The notes below the pieces were generated by a model, which had not been told where the DNA came from, searched no databases, and saw only the letters and a list, made by a program, of their open reading frames with translations. From NCBI RefSeq assembly GCF_002113885.1, contig NW_018407245.1:126775-190774 (forward strand): a stretch of DNA of 64,000 nt, read 5' to 3'. Positions 1-13,960 of this stretch are shown here, in pieces. Source of the DNA: Mizuhopecten yessoensis (lineage: Eukaryota). Every line of letters starts with the position of its first letter. The first letter of the stretch is position 1. The position numbers were made by a program, and so were the translations under genes.

Positions 1-9
1 CTCTTCCAG

Positions 10-3000
10 CCAAGAGTATGATCCCGAATCAAACTACTCCACCTCGACCAAAGTCCACCACGTGTCCGTTCCACAGGTTGGCCGTCCCTCCTACAGCAGT
101 AAGAGGTCCTGTAGCTATGATCCTGCAAATGTCAAGTATAAAAAACCGGTTCTCAAAAGACAACGTGTGGCTTCATTCTTTGATGCAAAATTTAGTTCAG
201 ACGAAGAAGAAGAAAATAAAAATGTTGAAAAAGATGGAAAAGATGAAAAAACAGTTTCAAGTGATAAGGAAGACAAATTTCATCTGAAGGATGTCAATTA
301 CTTTGAGAAACTTTTAGATGGACCCAAGGATGTGGATGAAAAGAAAAGTCGTGTTAAGGTTGAAAGTGATGATTCCTTGGATTCTCTGGATGAAGATGTG
401 GATGTCACACCGTTACTTGAAAAGTGTCGAAGACGTTCACAGTCTGGGGGAAACGAACAGGACAGTACAGAGGAGAAAACAGATGTTAAATCCAAAGTCT
501 CCAATGTAGATACAGGGGACAGTTCCTCTTTACACTCTAAAACAGAAACCGTCTCTAAGAAAGGCAAAGAAAGCTCTGATTTAACTGATAAAAAGACAAA
601 GAAAAAATCCACAGCTGAATCGGTCCCCAGTACTGGTGACAAAAATGACAAATCTACTGAAATTTGTGATAGAAATGACAAGAAAAATCATATTGCTTCG
701 TCATCACATTCAAAATCTTCCCATCATGGATCAAATAAATCACAGAAGGAAACTTCATCATCAAAAATATCTCAGGGGAACGGGATTTCAACTCATAAAT
801 CAACTAAGGAGTCATCGAAAAATTCCCAACCTGGGACTAGTAATTCATCTCACAAATCTTCAAAGGAGTCGTCATCGAAATCCTCACATCATCACAAAAC
901 CGAATATAGCAAATCTTCACATAACAGTGATAAGAGCTCACACCACTCTTCATCGAAAAAGCCTCATTCAAGCACATCGTTATGTAAGGTCAAGGACAAA
1001 AGCAAATCCCGAGATTCACAAGACAGCAAATCGTCAGAAACTGAAAATCACCTTGTGTGTGATACTGACAAGTCAAACGATTTATCAAAATCATCATCAT
1101 CTTCATCATCATCAAATAATCATCGCAAACATTCACGACATTCAAATTCTGAATCATCGTCGTCATCTTCAGACAAACACCAGCATAATTCAGAAAGAGG
1201 TCACGATACAAATTCTGTTCACACTTCGTCACATAGCTCGGGGTCTAGTAAAGGTAGCAAGGACATGAAAAATAGAGCCAAACAAAAAGACGACAAGACT
1301 AGTAAAAACGATAAAAAGCGGACCAAGTCGGTGAGTTCTGAAAGGCGGAAGTCTTCAGAGACGATCAAGAAAAAGATTGTGGACATCAACATTGATCTTT
1401 TTGGTGCAAACAGTGAGGACGAGGAGGACGATGAGGATTTGGTGGAGGTGCCGATGGCGTCAGACGGACATATATCGGAGAGTGACATGGTGGCGTTTCT
1501 CAATGATAGTGATTACTCCGATGAAGACATTGACAGATATGATGAGTGTTTAAGAATCTTTCAGGAAAACAAAGGAGTAAAGAATAACACCAACAAAAAG
1601 GTATAGTACTAGCTAGTTCACACTTTTAAAAGTAAATGACATCTGGTAGAAAGCTTAAGGCTCATGCATCCTCAGGGTGATGATATTTTGCCTGCAGCAT
1701 GCATGGGCGAATCAAAAGCTATTAGTTTTGTTCTATCCTGATTAACAATTCACAAGGTCAGATGTACAAGTGCTGAAAATTTTGAACAATTTCTTTTGAA
1801 TAGCCGAGAGGCCTAGCTAGCTAGGCTGATCTTTAATTGACTAGTAAAGCATGCTGGGAAGAATGGCTACCAAGTTTCTTTTGAATAGCCTGGAGGCCTA
1901 CATTGTAGCTAGCTAGGCTGATCTTTAATTGACTAGTAAAGCATGCTGGGAAGAATGGCTACCAAGTTTCTTTCGAATAGCCTCCAGGCCTACATTGTAG
2001 CTAGCTAGGCTGATCTTTAATTGACTAGTAAAACATGCTGGGAAGAATGGTTACCAAGTTTCTTTTGAATAGCCTGGAGGCGTACATTGTAGCTAGCTAG
2101 GCTGATCTCTAATTGACTAGTAAAGCATGCTGGGAAGAATGGCTACCAAGGTTCTTTTGAATAGCCTCGAGGCCTAACTAGCTAGGCTGATCTTTAATTG
2201 ACTAGCATAGCATGCTGGGAAGAATGGCTACCAAGGTTCTTTTGAATAGCCTCGAGGCCTAACTAGCTAGGCTGATCTTTAATTGACTAGCATAGCATGC
2301 TGGGAAGAATGGCTACCAAGTTTCTTTAGAATAGCCTCCAGGCCTACATTGTAGCTAGCTAGGATGATCTTTTATTGACTAGTAAAGCATGCTGGGAAGA
2401 ATGGCTACCAAGTTTCTTTCAAAAGAATAACCTTTATAGCTTTCCTTTAACAACCTATTTTCAATAACCAAAAGTCATGGGTTGATGATATTTGGGATTA
2501 AGGGCTATATACATGTACAGAGTTTGTTCAACTGAATGACCTCGCAAGACTTTCAAAGTCACTGGGGTCAAATGTGTTTAAATCTTGTATCAGATTGTTT
2601 TGAATAACCAAGAGTCAATATTAATGCAGAGGTAAGAATATTTAGCCTGTAGCTGCAGCTGTATTTAGGCTATTTAAGTGTTTTTGACCTTGGTCCACTT
2701 TTAAGCATTAAAGTGTATGATAAGTATCAAGTGATCACATGAATACTGTAGGCCCATTGGGCCTCTTTTCTAGTGTTTTAAATAAGTGTTATTTTTAACT
2801 TATTTGTGATCATCAGGCATACAATAAATGGCTGTCATTGTGTGGCCATTTTGAAACTTTTAACTGAAGAACGTTAATGCTGAAGCCAGGAAACGATATA
2901 TCAAGTGATAGCATCTGTAGGCCTTTTGTTAACACTGGTATATATATATATATACTGTTACAGTGTTCAAGCTAAGTAATTAATGTAATATTTGGAATTA

Positions 3001-6000
3001 GATTCATTAAAAACAAAACAAAATTAGCATTTGTTAGTGTTCATGTATATACTGTAGATTTTATTGTCACATAAATTGAAAACTTCTGTGTGAAAGCTAA
3101 ATAAATTAGTTGCTATGATATAATATATCCTCTGTGTATACGAACGGTATCAATATAATTGATGAATTTCATTGGGACTAATTGCAATTTCCCTCTACCA
3201 TTTTCTTTGTCAGAAATCATCTCCAGAAAAATCTCATGATGCACAGAACCCATCAGCTCCTTCTGGCAAGCAACGTATGGCACACAAGAAAGAATCAGAG
3301 GTATACATACACTTCACTGAATATATTAGCTTTGTCCAGAAATATACAAGATGCAGTATACGATCGTTGGGCCCTGTTGTATAGATTGTGTGACCCTTTA
3401 TGTGTAGATAATGAGATCATTTAATTTATTATTTTAGATTATGAGGAAACTAAAGGTGTTTGAGAAACCAAAGTCGAAGATGTCTCCGGCCGAAGTGATG
3501 CACAACCGTTTCCTCCAGATACAGGAGAAGGCTCGGAATGCTGCTGCTGCTGCTGCTACTTCAAATAATGGAACAGCCTCGTCCTCAACAGTGAGTCTAC
3601 CATTATATGTCCTACTGATACGTATATTTCAAGAAACCTTTATTTAATATTCCAGCTGTCTTCCATGGTTCTGGAGCAAGTTACACGGTTCATACATGTA
3701 CAGGCCATGAAAAGTGCTGGAATCAAGGACAGTGTTTGAAAATTAAAGAACGGTACATGTACTGAAAATAGGTGTTTTCTGGAAGCATGGACTGGAGACA
3801 ACTACATACCATGTATTTTTTTCTAAGGTTTCAGGTGAGACCTACATGGGACGGTCGACTATTCCCTGTAGTGTAGTGCAGGGTTAATATGAAAATTTGT
3901 TAACAACTCGCTTGCCTTCAAGTATGCTTACATGTATATGAAAAAATACTCTGTTGTACTATCTCTATCAAGAATTTCCACAAGTCCATATATAGATTTA
4001 CAATCAAAACTGACGGGAATAATTCATGTACAATTTGTATTTGTAACATGAAACCTGATTGATTAAATGCATTTGTTACCTATGCCAATCTTTTCTTCAG
4101 ATTGTGTATAACGAATCGCGTTATATGTTGATGCAAAACATATATATATATAACTGTATACTGATTCTCTGATTGGCTATTTCTGCAAGCAGTATAGGTC
4201 TGTTCAATCAGAAAAGTATTGAAATTAATACACTTGGAATTTAAGCTGACTTAAATTGTACTTGATCAAGATTCTAGATAACAAGGGTCAAATGTATTAG
4301 TATCAACACACTCTGGACCGGGGAATCGTGTTTATCTTATAAAAACAATAGATATCAAGTTTGTCCAAATAAATGACCTTGACCCACTTTGGTCACTGGG
4401 GTCAAATGTGTGAAAAAGCTGAAACATAATTTTCTAAAGGTTCTCATAACCCAGGCCTTGAGTAGAAACATTAAACCTGTAGATTGCTATGATAAAAAGT
4501 TTGTTTGTCCAAATAAATGACCTTGACCCACTTTGGTCACTGGAGTCAAATGTATGAAAAAGCTGAAACAACTTTTTCTGCACGTTTTTGTATACTATAG
4601 GCATTGAGTAGGAACATTGACCTTGTAGCTTGCCGTGATAACTTTTTGTTCAGATAAGTGACAGTGCATTGATCAACTTAGAAAGTAGTGTTATCTTGCT
4701 TGCTATCAAATTTGTTTCAATTAAAACCTTTGAAAGTCAGAGATGTGCAATGCGTTTGCAAACAGGATTAAATGACAGGTGAGCAATGTTGGCCATTTCG
4801 GATTTTATTTGATTAGAATTTTTTTTTTTGTAAAAAGACAATAGTAGATAGTATTACAGTTATATTGCAAATTGTGTTCCTTTAAAATATTTGGTATAAA
4901 TTAGTACAATCAGCTGATGCATGAATACATGCAGTTCCTGTATATACTGGAATATATTTTGTCAGATCTATATTTAGAATAGCATGCTGAAGTAAGCATA
5001 TCTATATATTTAACATACAAATTACATACTGTATATTCTTTGTATGTGTAAAGTACAAAGTGTATGTGTATTAGAACTCTGGGTTATAAATAGCTTTGAG
5101 TTATATGTAAATTAGTACCATATATATCATTCAGCTGGTACATAGTTCCTGTACTCGGATATATTTTGTCAGATCTATTTTAAGAATAACATGCTGATGT
5201 CAGCATAGTCCCTCATAGATAGTCTTGATATTTAACATACTGAATGACTATTCTTTATACATGTATGGTAAACGGTGAATGTGTATTAATACCCTGGGCT
5301 ATAAATAGATTTGAGTCATGAAGCCTTTGATCGGTGGTGCAATACCTGATATACCTGTGTAGTAGTATTATATACCTGTGTGTTATATCCTACCTGGTCT
5401 AGTGTGTCAGCCCACTGCAGACATCAGCTGTTACTGTGATAGGGCTGCCATGGATTTTCATGTAAATGTCATGTATGATAGTTACATATGACATGACAGT
5501 GTGAAAGTATGACTTAATCTTTTGTTAAAAAGGTCAATATTTTTGTTATAACAGTATTGGACAACTTCTACAAAATAAAAAAACATTTAATGCTATGATG
5601 GTTTTGGTGTTCAGTGTGAAAGGTTGAGGAAAAGGTGGGGTGCAGGGACAGGGGCGAGGGCAAGGAGGTGGTGGGGGAGCTATCACTAGTTAAAGTCCAA
5701 CGATACTATTTTGGTCTTTTGCTAAAACAATGAATTTATTTGCAGGCAAAAACATTTATGCTGTCTGGGAGTAAAAAAAGGACTGCCCACAACCTATCTA
5801 CCTCAAAAAGTAATGGAACCTCCACAGATAAAGCAGTTATCAGCACAGCATCGCGGACAGAAAAGAGGAAGGCACGCACCCCTCATGTTGTAAGTTATTG
5901 TACAGGAACATTCGTCACATTTAAAAATAAAATCATCAATCATATCTAAGGATGTATGCTATCTTACAACTTATACTTTGAATTTTTGTTGCATTCTTGT

Positions 6001-9000
6001 AAGTTTATTACCCAAATTGTATCTGCATACAATACCGGGTATCTTGTGTACCTTACAAATATGAAATAGAAAACAATTTTAATACTACTTATCATAAAGG
6101 ATCCCTGTACCAATGCCAAAAATACTAACTATCCAATGGAAATTATTTCTAAGCTTGACTTGCTAACGCTTAAGCTTTAATAAATCATTTCTGAAAAGAT
6201 TAAGGGGAGGTAACTGCATATATGAAAAATTTAGTCGTTTTTTGCCCACATTGGGACAGGTATTCTTAAAGATATTTAACCATTCCTTAGTGTTGAACTC
6301 TTACAGGGTATGTGAATTAGATACCTGTTGCGGAGGGTAGTATATATAGATGAAAGATATTCTGAAGAATAAAGAAAATGAAACTGAATGATTGAATTTT
6401 AATGAACTTGATATGTGACATGATCCCTACCAAAAGGTTTGTTAAGGCCCCGTATCGGAGATACGGGTGCCCTATAGTAATCACTCTGTCTGTCTGTCCG
6501 TCTACAAATTCTGTTCTTGGTTGATAACTTTGGTATTTATTGACCGATGTTTATGAAACTTGGTCAAGAGGTTATATACATTGAGGTAAAAATTCAAGGT
6601 CAAAGGTCAAGGTCATTAGCTTCAACGGTCAAGGTCAAATTTTACATCTTTTCCCTGATGAACATTTTGTTATGATATCAAGAAGCCAAGTTGGTCGGAA
6701 TTAAAGAATAAGTCAACTGATCAAAGTTCAGGGGCACTATGTTAATGGTCAAGGTCATTTGGCTCCAAAGGTCAAAGACAAAGTGGATCTCTGACTTTGA
6801 CCCTGGCTCTTGATGTAGGAGGTATCTAAGGTGAAATAAAACAAATCAAAGCTAACAAATTAGTATTGCACCGGTATTTACATTTCTGTTAGCCCAGCAA
6901 ATATGGAGGTGGAAGGAAACAAGACTCCGATCATAGCACATGTAAAATGTATATTTTGCTTCCTTGCGATTTATTTTGGAAGTCCAAACGTCAAGCTCAG
7001 CTATATGGGCAGATTGCTTCTTGATGACTATGGGGGATATATTGCCACAAGACGGGGCCCTTACTGACCTGTCAGTGTTCTAGTTTAAACTCGTTTCTTT
7101 TTTCATCTTTTTCAGTCTAACTTGGCAAGACCAACGATTCCATCAGAGTTTGGGGGTAAAGTGCCGATGAACGTCCGTCAACGATATCTCAATCTCATCA
7201 TCGATGATTGTCTCAAAATTTACGATACTGATAAGGAAGCATTTGATAGGGTTTGTAAAACACATATTATATATCCATTCATGTAACATAGCCGTGTAGT
7301 GTCATCGTTTATGCGATGTTGCGTATGAAGTGGTATATATGCTGTGTTTAATTATAATATATTTGGGTTTTAAACGTACAGACATTTCTTTGCCACTTTG
7401 AGTGATTACATATAAACAGCAAAGTGTATGATATCTATATATATGATCGTGTAATGTTAACAATAAGATACAGAATTTGTATACCTGCAAATTTATAAAA
7501 AAAATATCTCGAAAGAGTTTCACGTAATTGGGTAATTTTCATTGAAATAATACACGAAAGTAATATACAGTTAAACACACTTTAGTGAAAATATGCTCAA
7601 TTCATTAGCCAGTATTGACCAATCAGAGCGGACCGAGGGAAATAAATGGATACATTTTTTTCAGCATTACAGGGTCTACTCAGGAAGTATTACACCATAT
7701 ATTGATATAAATTGTTATAGGATCTCCCACCTAAGTTTTAATAACCTCATTCTATATTGATATACATTGTTTAATATCTGCATTGTTGCATGTGAAACAC
7801 AGGAAAGAAGAGCATTAAGTAGCTGTACTCTCTATTGTAGGGCCAGCAGGAGGAGTCTGCGGTCTACAAGAGGGCTTCCAGTAAGACTGTTTACCTCAAC
7901 ATTGCTGTCAACACCATTAAGAGACTTCGTTCCGAGCAGGCTGGCCCATCCAACTCCAAAAAGCCAAAGCAAACTGTATTCACACTGTCACATGAGCAAA
8001 TTCTCGGGGGCAAAAATGCCACAAAGACTACTTTTACAATCAATCGATCTGGGGGTGGTTCTAAAATACAGGAGGAAAACTTTAAAGGTAAATACTAGTG
8101 TTTAGTATATGGTTTTAAGTTAAGAATCATTATGTATAACTTTTGTATAGTACAAGATACTCTCAGAAATTTCATTCATTCAAATAAATCCTTGGTTGTG
8201 ACCATATAATTTATTATATAATTCGATAATGATTTAATTTTGGCCTTGAAACTAGGAAGTGGAAAATTTTTGAAGTGTAAAAAATCTCATGTTATTCGGA
8301 TTGAGTAAATAAGTGCGAATGGATCCACACACGAGTGTTTATTCAAAAATTATATAAATTAAAGACATAAAGATTATTATGATGTAGATTCAGAGACACT
8401 GCCGACGTGAACATTTCCACATACAAAAAATTCCACTTTAACAGTATAATACCAACATAGCAGTGTTCCAAACTAAATTTTCCCCCAAAAAAACTCAAAC
8501 GTGAACTGACTTTTAAAAAAAATATTGAAAAAGTTTTCGTTCCTTCCTTTTTAATTATGATATTTGATTATAGTGGATAAGAATTAATTGACTTTGTGAA
8601 TGTTATGTATCACAGCTGTCATAACATTGTTTTTTTTCTTCTAAGGTGCTGACTTGTACAAGCGCCTAAGCCGATATATTCTGGTAGAGGAACAGATGAA
8701 GGAGAATGGTTTTCCTAGACCCTCTCCCACTGAACCAGGCTCAGCAGTGTTCTTTGTGGAACCAAGGAAGAAAATCAATGTACAGTCGTCTAAACCAACA
8801 AGTGAGTAGTCTGTCTAATGTTATCTGAGAAAGATATTTTGTGTTGTAATTATTTTAATGTTATATTTGGTTAAACATACATCTTTTCTATATTCAAGGA
8901 CACTTAAATTTAAACGATTATAAATATGAATAAAATGTATTTCTAAGTGTTGTTATAGAATATTTCAGTGAACAATTTATGTGAACCTGCCCTACCACAT

Positions 9001-12000
9001 GGATTTTCTCCGGGTACTCCAGTTTCCTCCAACATTAAGACCCCCGCGCTAACATCCGGGTCAACAAGAGTGATTGATATAAGTTGAAATAACTTATCAC
9101 ATAATTGTTGTAAAATAAACAAAGTTTATGTTATATTATATATAATTTATGTAAATCTCTTTCTCCAAATTTATTTGAAGCTCACAACTTACATTGTATA
9201 GAAGAAAACTTGTTTGATTATATTTAGAATTTTTGATATTAATATCAATTTACAATAAATTTATGCTATAATACACTGGATTGTTTGACATGGATCTCCT
9301 GGCCCTGGGCAACATATCTGCAATCGTACATGTATGTATTAAGTTATTTTGTTTTTACAGACTATGAGAAACTCTGTATCCGATGTGGCAAGATGTTCAC
9401 CGTGTACCCCAACGGAACGTATGCCAAAACGGAGGAGTGTACCTTTCACTGGGGCAAGGCATGGAAAAAACGTGGTAAGTCTTCTTTCCCAGTCTCAGCA
9501 GACATGGACTATAGTCTAAAAACATTGACAGGAAATCAATTAGTTAATGAGAAATCAATTTAGATTAACTTTAGGAACGTGGAGATATTCTTTGAAAGCA
9601 TTTCTTGTTGATAACATATATAGGAATGTGTGATTTGCAGAACTTGTTCAGTGGTCACTGTCACTTATAACTTATGGAAATATATTTCTGTGATTTCAGT
9701 TGCTGGTATGATTGACACTAGGTATACGTGTTGTCAAGGTGACCTAACGACAGATGGTTGTCAGATTGCCAAGGTAAGCTTGTAAGCTTATCACTCAGAC
9801 GTTGAACCAGTTTGAGATCAAACAGAGTGGTCATTGCTGTTCCTAATTGCAATTTCACGAAAATTCCTGAACTCGAGGAAATCCCTTAATTCAAGATTTT
9901 CCATTGGAAATCATTGCTAATGTTGAATAAAATTGACCTAACCTAAAGTTTTTTTCAAAGTCTAGCATTTGAAAATTTACTTAAAGGAATTTCTTTAAGT
10001 TAAAGGGGGCGAGAGGTGGGGGGGGGGGGGGGGCNNNNNNNNNNNNNNNNNNNNNNNNNNNNNNNNNNNNNNNNNNNNNNNNNNNNNNNNNNNNNNNNNN
10101 NNNNNNNNNNNNNNNNNNNNNNNNNNNNNNNNNNNNNNNNNNNNNNNNNNNNNNNNNNGGGGGGGGGGGTGCTCAGTTTCACATATGTTCCATAACGTAA
10201 GGAATTCCTGAACTGAACTTTTTTGTTGGAAAGCATATTTTGGAATTCAGGGCCTCAGTAGCCAAGTGGTTAAGGCATCTGATATTCTGCTACTACTAGC
10301 CCTCCACCATTGGGTCGCGGGTTTGAGGCCTACGTGGGGCAGTCGTCAGTTGTTTTTTCTACGGGAACTCCGGCTTTCCTCCACCACCAAAACCTGGCAC
10401 ATCCGTAAATGACCAAAGCTGTTAAAAGGACGTAAAACAAAAACAAACGAAACCAAAGTTGGAACTCAGGAAAATTTCTTAAACTACCGTAATTGTCATT
10501 CCTTTAGAAAAACAGAATTTATAAAACAAGAGCAGAGAAGTAAAGATTTATAGCAATTATTCATCATACAAAAATGTTTGACAATAAAAGGCAATCACAT
10601 TGTACATAACATAACCTAGAATTTTGAAGTCTTGGTTAAGTAATATAGGCCCAGCTGAAAACTATGCATGTATTATTATATATGGCATATAAAATGTACA
10701 GTCTTTAAACAATAGGGCTGTATGAACTGTGTGAAAAGGCTTGTGGCTTTGTTATAATTCCGGTGAAGCCCACTGTGGAATCAAACTAAACAGGGCAATC
10801 CACTTCCTTAATGAAAAAAAATTCTTCAAGGTAAATATAAGGAATTATGAGAGTAGGTCCTGATCACACATCTTGTATTTACCTGTACCTCTAGTACAAC
10901 ATGTGTGAATGGTATCCAGATTTATCTACATTTTGTTGTGTTTTGGTTACAGGGCCATGTCCACGAAACCAACAAATGGGAGACCATGTCTGGGTACATG
11001 AAGACTTTTCCATGCTCACCACCGTGTGATGGGGACTACGGGGTGTTTGCTATGGACTGTGAAATGGTAGGATACTTTTCAAACTGAATCTGTTTTCATT
11101 TAAGAATGTTTCAGAAATGGCCTGACAGTTGTAATCATATAATCCCGAGAGCTCTTTCTGTTCTACAGGTTTACAATTCTATCAGAATGAATTAATCTAA
11201 CGACGGATAAGTGTGTTAATTAATTCTTTAAAACAAAAATGGTATCTGATTTATTCTCCCTAGATTAGAAGATTTTTCTTCTTTTATTTAAGGTGTACAC
11301 AAAGTTTGGAATAGAGCTGGCGCGAGTTACTGTGACTGACCCAGAAAATGACTGTGTGTACGAAACACTTGTCAAACCAGATGCTGCTGTCGTGGACTAT
11401 AACACAAGGTAGACATTGTTCATTATTTTAGTGACCTAGGCCCCTTTCTCGTATCTAGTTCAACCAGTTTGTCTGTTTTGAAATGTAACATTTTTCGGGT
11501 ATAAATCCCGGTGGACCTGCAAATATTTATGCAGGCCTTGAAAGGCTTTGTCAAGGTTTGTCTGAAAGCAGCATTAGTTTTATACAGTAGGTCTGTCCTT
11601 ATAACCGGTTTCGATTGCGATAAACTAATGCGGCCCTATATAGCACTTAAGGGATAACCTTACAGAGATTTGTGGTGGTATTTCATGTTTTCTTATAACA
11701 GATTGAGTTTTGAAATTTGAGAAATATATATTTTCAGTTCATAAATTATTTGATCTTAACATCATACCAATCAATTAAAATACAGTTGATTCCTTTCTTA
11801 ATCAAACTTCAATATTGATTGGCCTGAAAGGATGCACAACTTTTGTAAAGCAGTCAAAACCAGATTTGTGAAAGATGTAAAATGTTTGTATTACACGGCC
11901 ATAAACATTTGCCTCAAGTCCAATTAAAACAAAGTTGTTACAAAAAGAATATTTTTAGAATGCTAATTATAGCAATTCAAATTAATGATTCAATTACTAC

Positions 12001-13199
12001 AAATTGAATATATATTTGTGGGTAGATAGAACAGGGTTTAATAGGTTGATAGGATCAATGTGTTAAGGTAGATAAAATAGGAATGTGTAGGTCGATATAG
12101 ATCTTTGTGAATATGTATGTCTAAACAGCATTTTGATGATTAAAGCTCTTTATCGGGTCAAACTCGGTATTTAACATGAGAACTTGACCTTCTTGGATTA
12201 CCACCATTGTAGAATATTGTCCTGCTCAGTGCTGACTGTCTAGTATAAAACCTGGATGTTTGTGCATTGTATACAGGTTTAGTGGACTGACAGAAGAGAT
12301 CCTGAAAGACGTGACTACCACGCTGAGGGATGTGCAAGCTGTACTGCTCAGCCTCTTCTCCGACCGAACCATCGTCATGGGACACAGTCTTGAGAGTGAT
12401 TTCTCTGCTGTTAGGGTAAGCTCTCTGCTCAACCAAGTAGCTCCTAGGTCTGGATCTGTAACTGTATAGGTGTTTAAGGACTCTGTGTGGGCTGGACTTA
12501 ACTAGAACAAGAAGAATGGTATGAGTGCATGTATAAGCTGTGGTCAATTTCCTAAGAATTTTCTGTATGTGTAAGCTTTGTCAGAAACTTTTATAAATCG
12601 ATCAAATCTTGAAAATAAAATAAAATTATAGCTGAAAAAATGTTTATGATCCTGCTCGTAAGCAACTGAGAGTTTGAATATTTTCATTTGAAAATTATAC
12701 GTTCACACTTCTGTTATATCTGAACAACATTATTACAACAGCTGCTGCACAACACGGTCGTGGACACCTCAGTGGTGTTTCCTCACAAGATGGGACCACC
12801 CTACAAGAGAGCCCTCAAGACACTCATGGCGGAATACCTGAAGAAAATTATCCAAGATGACGGTCAGTTCGCAAATATGGAATACATATGTTTTACATAC
12901 AGTGTTTATTTATTGTCGTTTAGCATCAATCTATGACATTCGGTAGATGGTTCTTTGAATGCTAACTTTGGCGTACATGTTTTTCGATTTGTCTGTTGCC
13001 ATTACTGTTATCTCCTTTCAACTTTCAAACATTTACAATGGAATAATATTCAAATACTTGATACAGAAAGTAAAATTTGTAAATTTTGGGATTTTTAATA
13101 GTTGGTGGCCATGACAGCAAAGAAGATTCCACATCTTGTATGGAGCTGATGCACTTGAAAATTAAAGAAGATGCGCGTAAAGAACCAAGGCGAAGTTAA
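10..13199 (+). CDS. REXO1: RNA exonuclease 1 homolog (DEDDh 3'-5' exonuclease, Elongin A-binding protein 1), 5'-partial, 14 exons in window
   Basis: GT/AG exons in frame: 10-1600, 3214-3300, 3438-3590, 5746-5889, 7116-7250, 7841-8087, 8646-8801, 9361-9474, 9700-9773, 10953-11066, 11293-11408, 12277-12415, 12742-12862, 13102-13199 (TAA). Translation has REXO1-type motifs [52 protein letters not shown] and CIRCGK..CTFHWGK..YTCCQG..GC, plus DEDDh catalytic motifs FAMDCEM, DYNTRFSG, GHSLESD and GHDSKED. Confidence 0.95.
1790..2420. repeat. Intronic tandem repeat, ~80-90 bp unit, ~7 copies
   Basis: Repeated ttcttttgaatagcctggaggccta(cattg)tagctagctaggctgatctttaattgactagtaaagcatgctgggaagaatggctaccaag in the REXO1 intron after the large exon. 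Confidence 0.9.
6438..7086. mobile_element. Non-autonomous Helentron-like (HINE/Pearl-type) element in a REXO1 intron
   Basis: 5' hairpin ccccgtatc-gga-gatacggg followed by (TCTG)n/TCCG microsatellite; internal ggtcaaggtca motifs; subterminal inverted repeat aaggccccgt / acggggccctt; ends in tctagtt. This is the architecture of bivalve Helentron-associated elements. Confidence 0.65.
8985..9130 (+). mobile_element. 5'-truncated V-domain SINE (same family as 32385-32622)
   Basis: ggattttctccgggtactccagtttcctcc V-like core and tail cataattgttgtaaaataaa shared with the full copy at 32.4 kb. Confidence 0.75.
10035..10158. other. Assembly gap (N run) flanked by poly-G
   Basis: Run of Ns with G homopolymers on both sides, inside a REXO1 intron. 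Confidence 0.99.
10250..10450 (+). mobile_element. tRNA-derived V-domain SINE (RUDI-like)
   Basis: Pol III A-box-like tagccaagtgg, degenerate B-box-like ggtttgaggcc, V core ttttctacgggaactccggctttcctccacc, tail ggacgtaaaacaaaaacaaac. Confidence 0.7.
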
Positions 13200-13881
13200 T
13201 CATTTACATTCAGAGCGGTGGAAGGTCGTAGGTCATAATTGAGTAGCAACTCATTTTTTTTTTTTTTAACCTTTTGTGTATAAAACTGAACGACAGGAAA
13301 TCTCTGCTTATCTTAATTCATCAGGTATTCAGTATTTTCCCTTTGTCATAAACTATATCCCGTGTCACAATAGAACGGGTACTGCTATATTTGCCTGACA
13401 TTGATATTCCAGGAAACTTTTGAGACAAAAAAATCATATAAACAAGTCTCTGTCTTGGACCTGGATTCCTTGTGGCTCAAGATCATGATGTAACCACAAA
13501 AAACACTTGAAAAAACCTTTACAATACTCTTAAACAAACTTAGATGTTCATATTCAAATATGTTAGCTCTTCAGGACACTAATGTCCAACTCCGGCAACA
13601 TTATAAAGGCCCACTTTCGGCGCCTCATTAGCCAAAAAATATGTGTATGGTTTTATTTCGCATAAACATCTTGAAATTCATGATTCAAAGCTTAAAAACA
13701 CAAAGGTACAATTTATTTGTTTACAAGAAAAGTTGTGTATTTTTTTGTGAGGCCCAGTGTTACATTTGGCGCCCAACAAAACATACCTACAGAAGGTGGT
13801 ATAGGGTCTCGTGTGTCTTCGGGGTTGAAGAATTTGTTAAAGGAGTGAGGAATGTAGCGGAACAGGACTGGGTCGATCGTC

Positions 13882-13960
13882 GGCGACCGGATAACTCAAT
13901 TGGTAGAGCATCCGTCTAGAGTTGGAGGGTTCCGGGTTCGAACCCCGGTCTGGCCGTGCA
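13882..13960 (+). mobile_element. tRNA-derived SINE head / tRNA pseudogene in the REXO1 3' region
   Basis: A box taactcaattggtagagc and B box gggttcgaacccc, but the acceptor and anticodon stems are imperfect. Confidence 0.6.

Noticed and set aside
298-1503. Antisense and alternative-frame ORFs over the large REXO1 exon
   Set aside because: Shadow ORFs of a low-complexity coding exon.
13882-13960. Possible tRNA gene with CTA near the anticodon position (suppressor-like)
   Set aside because: Acceptor and anticodon stems do not pair properly; better explained as a tRNA-derived SINE head. tRNAscan-SE would settle it.
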